Source: an uncultured Chloroflexia bacterium
Lineage (GTDB): Bacteria > Chloroflexota > Anaerolineae > B4-G1 > SLSP01
DNA length: 39,530 bases
Assembly: GCA_963751345.1 (NCBI GenBank)
Contig: CAVVUS010000020.1
Span: 1 to 39,530 of the forward strand
Reading direction: 5' to 3'
In this document: positions 1-9,720 of the stretch, in pieces
Layout: every line of letters begins with the position of its first letter
How positions within the stretch are numbered: position 1 is the first letter of the stretch
Position numbers and translations under genes: made by a program
The notes under the pieces: generated by a model
Told to the model about the DNA's origin: nothing
Database searches by the model: none
Seen by the model: the letters and a program-made list of their open reading frames with translations, nothing else

Positions 1-15
1 ACCTACCTGCGCGGG

Positions 16-1473
16 TCAATTAGTCTTCCGTCGCAAATGACACCTAAAAGGTAAGAGATGCTCAAGCCGGTGTACTGATGAGTAGGCAATTGCGGCTCCG
101 GACAATTCATCTCCATGGTGCAAAAGTCGAAGCAGAACATAGCCATTGGGTTCTTGGACTATATCAGACGCCGGCAAAGTGGTTGCGAAGGTGGCTATAA
201 GCATATCATCATTTACCAGAGCGGGAAATCTCACCTGTTCAGGAAGCAGATTGCTTGAGGTGCGCTGTGGAAACTCGGCGGAAAGTGAGCCATCAGCTTG
301 AAAAGTTAATGTCCAAAGCAAATCGTTTGCACCGAGAACGATTCTTCCCTCCCAGCACCCAAGCAATTCAGTCTGATCAGTATATCTTTCGAATCCTTCA
401 GTTGCATCGAATGAGATGGCGTGGTTGCTCGGTTCGAGTACTTGAATCAAGGAACTAGCAATAGCCTGCGCTTGGGAATTTGCATCTGTTGCATTAATTA
501 CCACGCTTACGACGATATCTTGCTGGGGAAGAAGAAGAATCAACGCACTTGCACCTGGCATGCCCCCTTCGTGCCACACGATAGAGTTTCCATCGGAATT
601 GGTTCGGAAATACCAGCCAAGACCATAGTGTGATGCGTTGTAGTACGGGTATCTTGCCGTTGGCTCTACATAACTCCGCATTAGCAGCTTATTTTCTTGA
701 CTGAGCATAGATTGCGAGTCTTCAGTACTGCTTAGATGAAAGAGACCAAATAGAGTTAGATCATGAGCGCTTGCAAACACATTGCCCGCACCGGGAGTGT
801 CGTTATACGTCTCAATAAGAGGCAACCCACTCGCGCTATACTTCCTCGCTGCCTTTGCAGGAGATGAGGATGCATCAACCATCATTGAGTTTATCATACC
901 GAGGGGTTCGAATACTTCGGTCTTGAGGAAATCTGTTAGGCTAATTCCGCTCTGCTCTTCGATGATGTGACCAATAAGACCGTATCCAAGATTAGAGTAT
1001 TCAAAGAGTGTTCCGGGCGGCTGCGCTAGAAACCCATACTTGTGAAAAGCGTCTTCCAGGCTTTGAACCGGTAGATCCTGGTCATTCCAGTAGATACGGG
1101 CGTATGTCCCAAGTCCTGAAGTGTGGTTGAGAAGTTGCCTTAGACAGTAGTCAGGATGTGCTATAGCCAATTCTTGATGAGAAAACCAACTACCCGCATA
1201 GTGACTTGCGGGGGCTTGAATATCGACGATACCACGCTCGTGTAGCATCATCATTGCAGTAGCAACGATGGGTTTAGACGCAGAGGCCAATGGATAGGGT
1301 GTCCCGACTGTACCCGCAATCTTCTGTTCCCTATCGGCCCAGCCAAAAGCATTCTCATGAACAATCTTCCCGTTCTTAGCAATCGAGAACGCAGCTGATG
1401 GGATTTTTCCGCTCTCGACTTCAACGGAAATTTGTGTTTCTACAGCTTTGAAGTCGAAACTGTCGTACCTCAT
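16..1473 (-). CDS. Serine hydrolase, beta-lactamase/AmpC-like family, with C-terminal extension
   Basis: 485-aa ORF with SxxK (ASASKP), LLNHTSG, YxN (FEYSNLGY) and WHEGG motifs; AT-richer than the rest of the window. Confidence 0.85.
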   Translation of the reverse strand: MRYDSFDFKAVETQISVEVESGKIPSAAFSIAKNGKIVHENAFGWADREQKIAGTVGTPYPLASASKPIVATAMMMLHERGIVDIQAPASHYAGSWFSHQELAIAHPDYCLRQLLNHTSGLGTYARIYWNDQDLPVQSLEDAFHKYGFLAQPPGTLFEYSNLGYGLIGHIIEEQSGISLTDFLKTEVFEPLGMINSMMVDASSSPAKAARKYSASGLPLIETYNDTPGAGNVFASAHDLTLFGLFHLSSTEDSQSMLSQENKLLMRSYVEPTARYPYYNASHYGLGWYFRTNSDGNSIVWHEGGMPGASALILLLPQQDIVVSVVINATDANSQAQAIASSLIQVLEPSNHAISFDATEGFERYTDQTELLGCWEGRIVLGANDLLWTLTFQADGSLSAEFPQRTSSNLLPEQVRFPALVNDDMLIATFATTLPASDIVQEPNGYVLLRLLHHGDELSGAAIAYSSVHRLEHLLPFRCHLRRKTN

Positions 1474-1584
1474 GATTGGTTCATATCGCTAATTTGGCGC
1501 ACAACTCAGATCCGCCCATATTCTCAATGCCTTTGGTTTTCCCCATCGTTATTCTCCTTGAATTGGCTTATTCTGCAGGAAAGC

Positions 1585-1711
1585 ACCCAACGGTTTGCGT
1601 TACCTGCCTGTGGGTGGGACATCGACTTAGCTCATTATCCGGCAAGATATTTCGAGAAGCAAAAATCTCAATATGGCGGAACGAGTTCCACAGGTCGGGT
1701 GCACGTTAGGA
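1585..1711 (-). mobile_element. attC-like integron cassette recombination site (degenerate)
   Basis: Minus strand reads TCCTAAC...GTTGGGT (R''/R' like). Inner arms pair (plus-strand CCTGTGG 1607-1613 with CCACAGG 1688-1694; ACC/GGT) with an unpaired T at 1695. Lies just upstream of the serine hydrolase. Confidence 0.55.
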
Positions 1712-2007
1712 GATATACTCGTCCGCACTACCGGAAATGGTCAGCAGCCTTGAGGATGCTGTATTGCCACTGGAACGGATAGGCAAAGCGGAAGACCCAT
1801 GGAGCAACGGCTCTGCCGCTCGATTTCCGACGGAATAGGCCGCGCTCGAGGAGGTTTGCTCTCCTCGCTGTCGCAGGCCCCTGGCTAAATCTCCCGAGAA
1901 CGTCTGATAACTCAGCATAAAGGAACTAAATTACTGGTGGATGAATTATGGGTCCCCCACAGCCATTTTTGAACCCCACGGGTTTCCATCTCGCATAACA
2001 GGCAAAA

Positions 2008-2766
2008 TCAGAATCGGAGGGACATGCAGGTGAGCCCCCCGTCCATCTTTTGGGCTTCGTTGGTGTCTAACTCGATGATATCGGCTCCTAGTTCGCGAAG
2101 TTTTTCTTTGGTTTTAGGGAAACCTCTTGGCATGAGGATGCGCCCGTTTACCCACAACACATTTGCGGCATATGATTCATCCACGTCCACAACGATCTGA
2201 TCATACCTGGACAGTTCCGGTCGCCCGGCAAAGGCTTCTGTGACAAGAAGTGTGTTTCCGCCCACGTAATTGACATCCGATTTGAAATGCAACCCGTCAG
2301 CGATGAGAACGGCCGTCCATGTATTCCCGTATTGCTCTAGAATGTTCCCCAAATTCTCGGCCCCTGCCTGATTCGTGCGCTCCGAGATGCCAATGAAGAA
2401 ATGAGTCCCTACCATCAATACATCGCCGCCATCCAGTGTTCCCGGAGCTTCGATACGGGCAATGGGCCGATGCTGGGCGAGGACAGGTTCCATTGCAATT
2501 TCTTCCCCCCGTCGGGCCGGCGCACCAGGACGGGCAATTACGGCTACATCAGGCGTAACAACTGCGACATCTTCCACGAAGTACGCATCAGGATATGCGG
2601 GCAGACCCGCCAATTCAATGACAGTCAACCCAGCATCCTGAAGAGCAGCGATATAAGCTTTGTGAAGCGCTTGCATTCGGGCATAGATAGGTGCACCCAG
2701 ATTGGATGTAGTAATGCCTTGCCCAAAGTTTGGGCAGGGCTTCCTTGTTATCGCTTTTGTAAACAT
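2008..2766 (-). CDS. Dimethylarginine dimethylaminohydrolase / amidinotransferase family
   Basis: Motifs PDAYFVED, LDGGDVL, LHFKS and C-terminal DGGLTCMSLRF; ATG at 2766 preceded by AAGGTGAG. Confidence 0.9.
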   Translation of the reverse strand: MFTKAITRKPCPNFGQGITTSNLGAPIYARMQALHKAYIAALQDAGLTVIELAGLPAYPDAYFVEDVAVVTPDVAVIARPGAPARRGEEIAMEPVLAQHRPIARIEAPGTLDGGDVLMVGTHFFIGISERTNQAGAENLGNILEQYGNTWTAVLIADGLHFKSDVNYVGGNTLLVTEAFAGRPELSRYDQIVVDVDESYAANVLWVNGRILMPRGFPKTKEKLRELGADIIELDTNEAQKMDGGLTCMSLRF

Positions 2767-2958
2767 GGTACTCACCTTTCAGTTTCAAGCTCGGGTGATT
2801 TTTGGTATAAGGGTACATGAGGATGGTGTGGACGTCAACGGTGTTTTCTGCTTCGAGATGGAAGATCAAAGCAAAAAACCCATGAATTCCTTGACGCCAA
2901 CGTTGCAATAGCCAAACCTGTTCAGGAGTCACAATCACAAGGACGTGAAAGCAACGAT

Positions 2959-3029
2959 AACCAACGTCTGCGTCGGCTTGCACCCACGTGCTCAAGCGCG
3001 GTGAACTTGCCTTGCGCAGTCCGTTGGGT
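2959..3029 (-). mobile_element. attC-like site (~71 bp imperfect palindrome)
   Basis: Minus strand ACCCAAC-GGACTGCG...CGCAGAC-GTTGGTT, with further inner pairing (CACC/GGTG, CGCGCT/AGCACG); typical attC size and box layout. Confidence 0.55.
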
Positions 3030-3128
3030 GAGGATTGGCGATCCCTATCGGTAACCTCGTAACCCTGGATCGAAAACTTCACGACGAGACGCTTATAGGC
3101 CTACCAGGGATCTTCCGAAAACTTAACC

Positions 3129-3164
3129 AAAACAAAAAGAGCCCTCTATTGCTAGAGAGCTCTT
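3129..3164 (-). terminator. Rho-independent terminator downstream of tRNA-Asp
   Basis: Minus strand AAGAGCTCTCTA-GCAA-TAGAGGGCTCTT followed by TTTGTTTT. Confidence 0.8.
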
Positions 3165-3190
3165 GATGTCCCATAAGGACTTACTATAGG

Positions 3191-3264
3191 CGGGAGCGAC
3201 GGGATTTGAACCCGCGATCTCCGGCTTGACAGGCCGGCATGTTAAACCCCTACACTACGCCCCC
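3191..3264 (-). tRNA. tRNA-Asp(GTC)
   Basis: Acceptor stem GGGGGCG/CGCTCCC, anticodon arm CCGGC-CTGTCAA-GCCGG, T-loop GGTTCAAATCC; discriminator G followed by CCT, so CCA is not fully encoded. Confidence 0.97.
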
Positions 3265-3276
3265 ACAACGGTCAGC

Positions 3277-3304
3277 ATCATACCATAGGGCAGCTTTTTG
3301 TCAA
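3277..3304 (-). promoter_or_regulatory. Sigma70-type promoter of tRNA-Asp
   Basis: TTGACA-N16-TATGAT with a TG extension, 12 nt upstream of the tRNA 5' end. Confidence 0.75.
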
Positions 3305-3349
3305 CCCACGTAGGAGAGATTTGGCAGTGAGCACTACCGGGCTCCATAC

Positions 3350-3378
3350 TTGATTGACGACCGCCTCTGCCCTATAAT
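3350..3378 (+). promoter_or_regulatory. Putative sigma70 promoter, divergent from the tRNA
   Basis: TTGATT-N17-TATAAT. Confidence 0.5.
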
Positions 3379-3558
3379 AGAACATATGATCGATCAGATT
3401 GGGCGGAACCAGCCTACGACGCCATAGGTGAAGCAAGCGAAGATGAGAGACATGACCATCGACCCTCGTTCTACGAAACGAACCCATTTTGCTTCTCCCT
3501 CTCCCTGGTTGCTCTATCTCCCTAGCCCCAGTAGAATGGCCCACACGGAGGTAAGACA

Positions 3559-4323
3559 ATGACAAACGAACTCGCATTCGAGAACAAGGTAGTCGTCGTC
3601 ACCGGGGCAGCGCAGGGCATCGGCCAGGCCACGGCCAAGCTCTTCGCCGAAGCCGGTGGGAACGTCATTATCCTCGACAAATTGGCCACGGAGGCAGAGA
3701 CCGCGGTAGCAGAGATCATCGGCAACGGCGGCAAGGCCGCCGCGATTGTGATGGACGTGACGGATGGGCAGCAGGTCAAGGATACCGTTGAGCAGATTGT
3801 TGCGGACTTCACGCGCATCGACGTGCTGGTCAACAACGTCGGTTGGAACCAGCCCACGCCCTTCCTGGAGTCCGACGAGGCGTTTTGGCTCAAGCTGCTT
3901 GACATCAACCTGATGGCGGCACTTCGCTTCTGCCGGGCCACGCTGCCCCATATGATCGAGCAGCACTACGGCCGGATCGTGAACATCTCGTCCATCGCAG
4001 GGGTGCACCCCTGGCCCGGTTCGGTGCTCTATGGCGTCGCCAAGGCAGGGATCGTCTCGATGACCCGCTCGCTGGCGGCTGCGATGGCGGAGCACAACAT
4101 CCGCGTCAACTGCGTCTGCCCTGGCCCCACCGAAACGGGGCTGTCCAAAGCGCTGCGCATCACCAACCCGGAGTACGTGAAGGCAATCCACGGGATGGTC
4201 ACGCTGGGCCGCCTGGCCGAACCCGCAGAGATCGCCCGCGCCATCCGGTTCCTGGCATCCGATGACGCCTCCTTCGTCCTGGGCGAATGCCTCGTCGTCG
4301 ACGGGGGATACAATATGACGTAA
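3559..4323 (+). CDS. Short-chain dehydrogenase/reductase (FabG-like SDR)
   Basis: TGAAQGIG, VLVNNVG, NISS, YGVAK (YxxxK), VDGG; GGAGG RBS. Confidence 0.93.
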   Translation: MTNELAFENKVVVVTGAAQGIGQATAKLFAEAGGNVIILDKLATEAETAVAEIIGNGGKAAAIVMDVTDGQQVKDTVEQIVADFTRIDVLVNNVGWNQPTPFLESDEAFWLKLLDINLMAALRFCRATLPHMIEQHYGRIVNISSIAGVHPWPGSVLYGVAKAGIVSMTRSLAAAMAEHNIRVNCVCPGPTETGLSKALRITNPEYVKAIHGMVTLGRLAEPAEIARAIRFLASDDASFVLGECLVVDGGYNMT

Positions 4324-4325
4324 GG

Positions 4326-4372
4326 AGCGTTTACACGTTGGCACGTTGGCAGGTTCAACGTGCCGAACGCTG
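4326..4372 (+). repeat. 8-nt ACGTT-core tandem array/hairpin immediately after the SDR stop
   Basis: AGCGTTTA CACGTTGG CACGTTGG CAGGTTC AACGTGCC; GGCACGTTG/CAACGTGCC stem. Confidence 0.7.
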
Positions 4373-4475
4373 CCCCGTGTCGTTCGCACGGCTAGCCGAG
4401 GATGAGCATCACTTGAGGGCGCGGCCCGTATGTGCTACGGTGGTGGAATTCGTCTTGGAGGAGCCGGAGGCAGGT

Positions 4476-5752
4476 ATGCGAGACCGAGGACTACATCCGG
4501 CTTGAGGACACGTATAACACGCACAACTACCATCCGCTCGACGTCGTGCTGCAACGCGGCGAGGGCGTCTGGGTCTGGGATGTGGAGGGCAAACGCTACC
4601 TCGACTGTCTCAGCGCCTATTCCGCTCTCAATCAGGGCCACCGCCACCCTCGCATCATCCGCGCGCTGGTCGAGCAAGCCGGGCGCCTGACCCTCACCTC
4701 ACGCGCCTTCCGCAACGACCAGGCGCCCCTGCTGGCGCAGGAGCTCTGCCAACTGACAGGCCAGGACTTGGTGCTGCCGATGAATTCCGGTGCCGAGGCC
4801 GTGGAGACCGCGGTTAAGGCCGCACGACTTTGGGGCTATCGGGTAAAAGGCATCCCGGATGGCGAGGCCGAGATCATCGCATGCGAGAACAATTTCCACG
4901 GTCGCACCATTACTGCGATCTCATTCTCGACCGAGCCACGCTACCGCGACGGCTTTGGCCCGTTCACACCGGGCTTCAAGACCGTCCCCTTCGGCGATGC
5001 CGGCGCCCTGGAAGCCGCAATCACGCCCAACACAGCAGCCTTCCTCGTCGAACCGATCCAGGGCGAGGCCGGCGTGATCGTGCCTCCCGACGGCTATCTC
5101 AAGGAGGTCCGGGAGATCTGCACCCACAACAACGTGCTGCTGGTCGCCGATGAGATCCAAACCGGGCTGGGCGCGGACGGGACAGCTCTTCGCCTGCGAC
5201 TGGGAGGATGTGACGCCGGACCTGATGACGATGGGCAAAGCACTCTCGGGGGGCATGATGCCGGTCTCGGCGGTCGTCGGCTCGCGCGAGGTGATGGGCC
5301 TCTTCAAGCCGGGGATGCATGGCTCGACGTTTGGGGGCAACCCTCTCGCCTGCGCGGTCGCGCGGGAGTCGATCAAGGTCATCGTCGAGGAGGAGCTTCC
5401 GCGCAAGGCCAGGGAGCTGGGGTCCTACTTCCGCAACGCACTCAGGGAGCTCAACAGCCCTGACGTTCAAGAGATCCGCGGGAAGGGTCTGCTGATTGGG
5501 GTTGAGCTTACGCCCGAAGCCGGTCCGGCGCGGCCCTTCGTTCAGCAGCTCAAGGAACGCGGCGTCCTGGCCAAGGACACGCACAGCACGGTGATCCGTT
5601 TTGCCCCGCCGCTCGTGATCACCCAGGACGAGATCGACTTCGTGGTGGAACAGGTGGCCGACGTCATCCGGCGTGGGCCAGATACCAGACCAGCAGACGC
5701 GGTGTTATATTCACCTCGACCCACGCGGCAACCACCAACAGCGGCAGAATAA
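4476..5752 (+). CDS. rocD: Ornithine--oxo-acid aminotransferase (two apparent +1 frameshifts at ~4479 and ~5172)
   Basis: [54 protein letters not shown]|[29 protein letters not shown]; GGAGG RBS before ATG 4476. Confidence 0.88.
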
Positions 5753-7158
5753 CCACCAGGAAGAGCTTGAGGAAGTGGCCGATCTCTCGCAGGATGCCAT
5801 AGATGCCGCCCCCTTCTGAAGGCGGGCTGAGGATCACGTCGCCCATCCGCATGGCCTGTGCGGTCCCCAGAATGGCTGCAGGTAGCTCAAAAAGCCCGTG
5901 TGGCAGCACCGCAATCCCTATGAAGATCCACGGGTTGACCCCAATCTGCCCGATCTGGAACCCGATGTAAGCGATGATGGCTGCCGGGGCCATCAGTAGC
6001 AGCAGAGACAGGGTACCGAGCGAGAGTAGGCCGGCCGCGGCCGCTATCAACAGCGACCGAGCGTTGTTCAAGAGCACCGCCCCGGTCGAGAACGACGGGA
6101 GCAAGCCGCTCTGAGCGACGAGGCTATTCATCGCCGAGGTGTCGCCAATCGCGCCCAACTGGAAAGCAGCAAGCGGCAGGGGGAATTCATGCCACCCCCA
6201 CAGCCCCAACCCCAGCCCGCCCATGACCACCACCAGGAGCGTGACGACCAACTCAGACCGCATGCCCCTTACGATCCCCGGAATATCGTGACGGATGAGC
6301 CAGGAGAAGCCGCGGGTAGGGAATAGCGCCTGCCGGAACGTTCGCCAGCCCCCGGCAAGGTCGATCCGATCGAGATCGCGTCCCAGAAGGTGTTCCCGGT
6401 TGAAGACTCTGACGCCAAGCCGCACCAGCAGGATCGCGACGACAAACAACCCAAGCGCCAACAGCCAGAGGGCATGGTAAGCTCCGTAGAGCAGCAGCCC
6501 AGCCTCGACCTGCAACAGGAGGGTCAGGGGCACGATGATGAAGCTCGCCACCAGGTTCGATGCGCGCACGCTCGTCGACTGGCTGGAGACAATCACCGCC
6601 GCGGCCACCATGACGATGGATGTCAGAATGGAAAGCACAGCAGCCAGCAGGATGAGCGACATGGGCGTCCACCAACTGACCGTGAGGCCAAGCAAAATGG
6701 TGTAGAGCCCTATCCCAAGGCAGCTCGCGAATATCGGGGGGATAGTCGAAGCCAGCAGCTTGCCCAGATACAGTTGGACGTCGGTCAAAGGTGTGGCGAG
6801 CAGCGGTTCGAGGCTGCGACGCTCCTTTTCGCCTACAAACGTCTCCAGGGCAATGACCAACGAGAAGGTGCTTGGGAAAAAACCAACCACAAGGGTCAAG
6901 AACGGGAAAAGACGCTCGACCACGATGTCGGCCCCATACTGCCTGACAAAGCCGACACCTCTCGCAGCCACGTAGTTCGCCAATACTGGGAAAACAGGCA
7001 ACCAGGATAATGATGGGCAACACCATACGCCAATCGCGCAGCTCATCACGGAGTTCGCGCCGTGTGACGATCAGCGCGAGTCGCAGGTCGCCGACACCAC
7101 GCTTGAGAAGATCGCCCGCACCCTCACGCTGTCCAGCCGGGCTATTCGCGGACACCAT
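5664..7158 (-). CDS. ABC-2 type permease fused to a SpoIIM/DUF95-like domain (frameshift at ~6990)
   Basis: N-terminal RRELRDELRDWR in one frame joins GEKERRSLEPLLATP...LGK and the C-terminal LPHGLFELPA...[10 protein letters not shown] (SpoIIM-like) in the next frame. Confidence 0.8.
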
Positions 7159-8218
7159 CGCCTCCTGGGATCTGCCGACCGCTCGGCGCGGCAACGGGGC
7201 TGGGGGTGCCAAGGGGTTGGCCTATGGGCTGAGCATCTGTCCCATCCCCAATGGCACGCAGATAGGCGCTCTCCAGGCTCTGGGGCACCGCGCTCAAGGT
7301 AAGGATCGGGATTCCGGCCTCCGCGAGCGCTGCCAGCAACCGCGGGTTGGTGGACATAGGATCCGGCGTCTGGTACCGAATCCAACCATCGCCGCTATCT
7401 ACGACCGTCGCGAAACGCCGGACCAGGTCGCGAATGCCATCGCCCGACAGATGCCGGTTGGTTCTATGGCCATCGACCTGGTCGCCTGTATCCCCGCTCG
7501 CTACACGGCCCGTGACCAGGCGAAGCTCCATTAGGGGAGGACCAAGCAAATGAACCTTGAGTTCTGCGGAGCTGCCCAGCGCGGCGATGCGTCCCTGCTG
7601 GATGATCGCGATTCGATCGCTCAGGCTCTCAGCCTCAGGAAGGTTGTGGGTACAGAGGATGATCGTGCGACCTGCAGTGCTGCGAAGCTGGAGGATGGCG
7701 TCACGCACAAGCCGAGCGCTCTCGGGATCCATCGCCGAGGTCGGCTCATCCAACAGGAGGACCGGGGGATCGTGGAGCAGAGCCCTGACGAGCGCTATCT
7801 TCTGCTGCATCCCCTTGGAATACTCACCCAGGCGTCGAGAGAGCGCAAACTCGATACGGAATTGTTCTGACAGCAAGCGGATTCGTGCGGACCGAACGTG
7901 GGAATCCAAACCGTTGAGCTGGCCAAAGAAGTCGAGGTACTCCAAGCCGCTCATCCGCGCGTAGAGCCCGGGCACCTCGGTCAGAACCCCCACCCGCCTC
8001 CGCACTTCCTGACCCTGGGTGGCAACATCATAGCCGGCGACACGCGCCCAGCCCGCCGTAGGCGTGAGGATCGAGGCGAGCATGCGCACCGTCGTGGTCT
8101 TGCCTGCGCCATTAGGGCCCAGGAGCGCCAGGACCTCCCCCGATTCGACCGTGAGTGTGATTCCGTCCACGGCGACCAGGTCCTCGAACCGCTTTGTCAA
8201 CCCCGCCATCTGAATCAC
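7142..8218 (-). CDS. ABC transporter ATP-binding protein
   Basis: Walker A GPNGAGKTT, signature YSKGMQQK, Walker B LLLDEP, H-loop CTHN. Confidence 0.95.
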   Translation of the reverse strand: MIQMAGLTKRFEDLVAVDGITLTVESGEVLALLGPNGAGKTTTVRMLASILTPTAGWARVAGYDVATQGQEVRRRVGVLTEVPGLYARMSGLEYLDFFGQLNGLDSHVRSARIRLLSEQFRIEFALSRRLGEYSKGMQQKIALVRALLHDPPVLLLDEPTSAMDPESARLVRDAILQLRSTAGRTIILCTHNLPEAESLSDRIAIIQQGRIAALGSSAELKVHLLGPPLMELRLVTGRVASGDTGDQVDGHRTNRHLSGDGIRDLVRRFATVVDSGDGWIRYQTPDPMSTNPRLLAALAEAGIPILTLSAVPQSLESAYLRAIGDGTDAQPIGQPLGTPSPVAAPSGRQIPGGDGVRE

Positions 8219-8335
8219 GGCATCTCCTCACTTCGTTGCGCATGGATTATGCCATGCTTTCTACTTTGCGGATGCAAGGCAAGAGAAATCGCCTCCCTGC
8301 GCCGGAGTGCCCAGGGAGGCGATCCAAGGCCCGGA

Positions 8336-9433
8336 TCATCCGCGGCGGCGGAGGAAAGCCGGAATCTCGATATTGTCGCGGTCTGCGACCTGCGTGCTGA
8401 ACAGATCACCAGGCTCAGCGCGATGCTGTACGGGCGTGTTTACCGTCCGAGGCGCAGCAGCCGCGTGAACGATCTCGGGCTCGCCATCGTTATCAAACCC
8501 GGTCGCGATCACCGTGATGCTGACATCCTCGCCCATGTTATCGTCGATTACGGCGCCGAAGATCAGGTTGACGTCGGGATGCGCCGTCTCACGGATAATC
8601 GAAGCAGCCTCGTTGACCTCAAACAGTGTCATGCTGGGGCCACCGGTGATATTGAAGAGGATACCCCGCGCACCATCGATCGTGATGTCCAGAAGGCGGC
8701 TGGAGATCGCCTGTTGGACGGCCTCGATCGCGCGCTTCTCACCGGTTGCCCGGCCAACAGCCATCAGTGCGGCGCCACCCTCAAGCATGATCGACCTGAC
8801 GTCTGCGAAGTCGAGGTTGATCAAGCCGGGTACGGTAATCACCTCGGTAATCCCTTGAATGCCCTGACGCAGCACGTCATCGGCCACGCGGAAGGCATCG
8901 GTGAGACTGACCCTTTTCTCGGTGATCTCCAGAAGACGGTCGTTGGGGATCACGATCAGCGTGTCCACCACCTGCTTCAGCGCCTCAATCCCCTCCGCCG
9001 CCACCCGGTTCCGCTTGGCGCCCTCGAAGGTGAAGGGGCGCGTGACGACACCGATCGTCAACGCCTTGATCTCTTCCTTGGCAATCCGACCGATGACCGG
9101 GGCGGCTCCGGTTCCGGTCCCGCCCCCCATCCCAGCGGTGACGAAGACCATGTCCGAGCCCTGAAGCACCTCGCGGATCTCATCCTGAGATTCCTCTGCC
9201 GCTTTGCGGCCCTCGTCAGGATTGCCGCCGGCGCCTAGGCCCCGGGTGACCGAGTCGCCGATGCGGAGGCACTTCGGCGCCTGGGAGAGTATCAGGGCTT
9301 GAGCGTCGGTGTTTACCGCGACGAACTCCACACCCTGAAGGCCCTCCTCAATCATGCGGTTGACAGCGTTGCTGCCTCCGCCACCGCAGCCAATGACTCT
9401 AATCTGTGCAAAATTCTCGGCTAGACCGGCCAT
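8336..9433 (-). CDS. ftsZ: Cell division protein FtsZ
   Basis: [40 protein letters not shown]-terminal IPAFLRR; AAGGAGG RBS before ATG 9433 (the ORF stays open further, to 9634). Confidence 0.98.
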   Translation of the reverse strand: MAGLAENFAQIRVIGCGGGGSNAVNRMIEEGLQGVEFVAVNTDAQALILSQAPKCLRIGDSVTRGLGAGGNPDEGRKAAEESQDEIREVLQGSDMVFVTAGMGGGTGTGAAPVIGRIAKEEIKALTIGVVTRPFTFEGAKRNRVAAEGIEALKQVVDTLIVIPNDRLLEITEKRVSLTDAFRVADDVLRQGIQGITEVITVPGLINLDFADVRSIMLEGGAALMAVGRATGEKRAIEAVQQAISSRLLDITIDGARGILFNITGGPSMTLFEVNEAASIIRETAHPDVNLIFGAVIDDNMGEDVSITVIATGFDNDGEPEIVHAAAAPRTVNTPVQHRAEPGDLFSTQVADRDNIEIPAFLRRRG

Positions 9434-9520
9434 ATCAGATCCTCCTTGTTTCACCTGTGGTGCCCACAAGCCTGAATTTCCGCCCCTCGACGATGATGCC
9501 TTCGATCCTTTTCCATCGCC

Positions 9521-9592
9521 CGACCTTCCGAAGTCGCTCGACCTTCCGAAGTCGCTCGACTTTCCGAAGTCGCTTGACCTTCGGGAGTCACT
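9521..9592. repeat. 4 x 18-nt tandem hairpin repeat between ftsA and ftsZ
   Basis: CGACCTTCCGAAGTCGCT x2, CGACTTTCCGAAGTCGCT, TGACCTTCGGGAGTCACT. Confidence 0.9.
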
Positions 9593-9661
9593 CGATCCCA
9601 TCGATAATCCACCGCTGCCTGATCTTGATCCCATATGCCACCACCCTTCTGCGAGTCCTGA

Positions 9662-9717
9662 GGCGTATCAATGTCCTAACGCTCTCACGTTCCAACGTTC
9701 CCACGTTCCAGCGTTTT
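9662..9717 (-). repeat. 8-nt ACGTT-core tandem array directly after the ftsA stop
   Basis: Plus strand GGCGTATC AATGTCCT AACGCTCT CACGTTCC AACGTTCC CACGTTCC AGCGTTTT. Confidence 0.75.
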
Positions 9718-9720
9718 CCG

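Noticed and set aside
2615-3082. 155-aa minus-strand ORF
   Set aside because: It runs through the attC-like site, overlaps DDAH out of frame and has no recognisable motif.
7898-9238. Long antisense ORFs (e.g. 446 aa opposite ftsZ; also 9779-10993, 16293-17444, 35963-37021, 38399-39427)
   Set aside because: Shadow ORFs expected from high-GC codon bias opposite conserved genes; no recognisable motifs.
9521-9592. CRISPR array
   Set aside because: The repeats are directly tandem 18-mers without unique spacers, and no cas genes are present.
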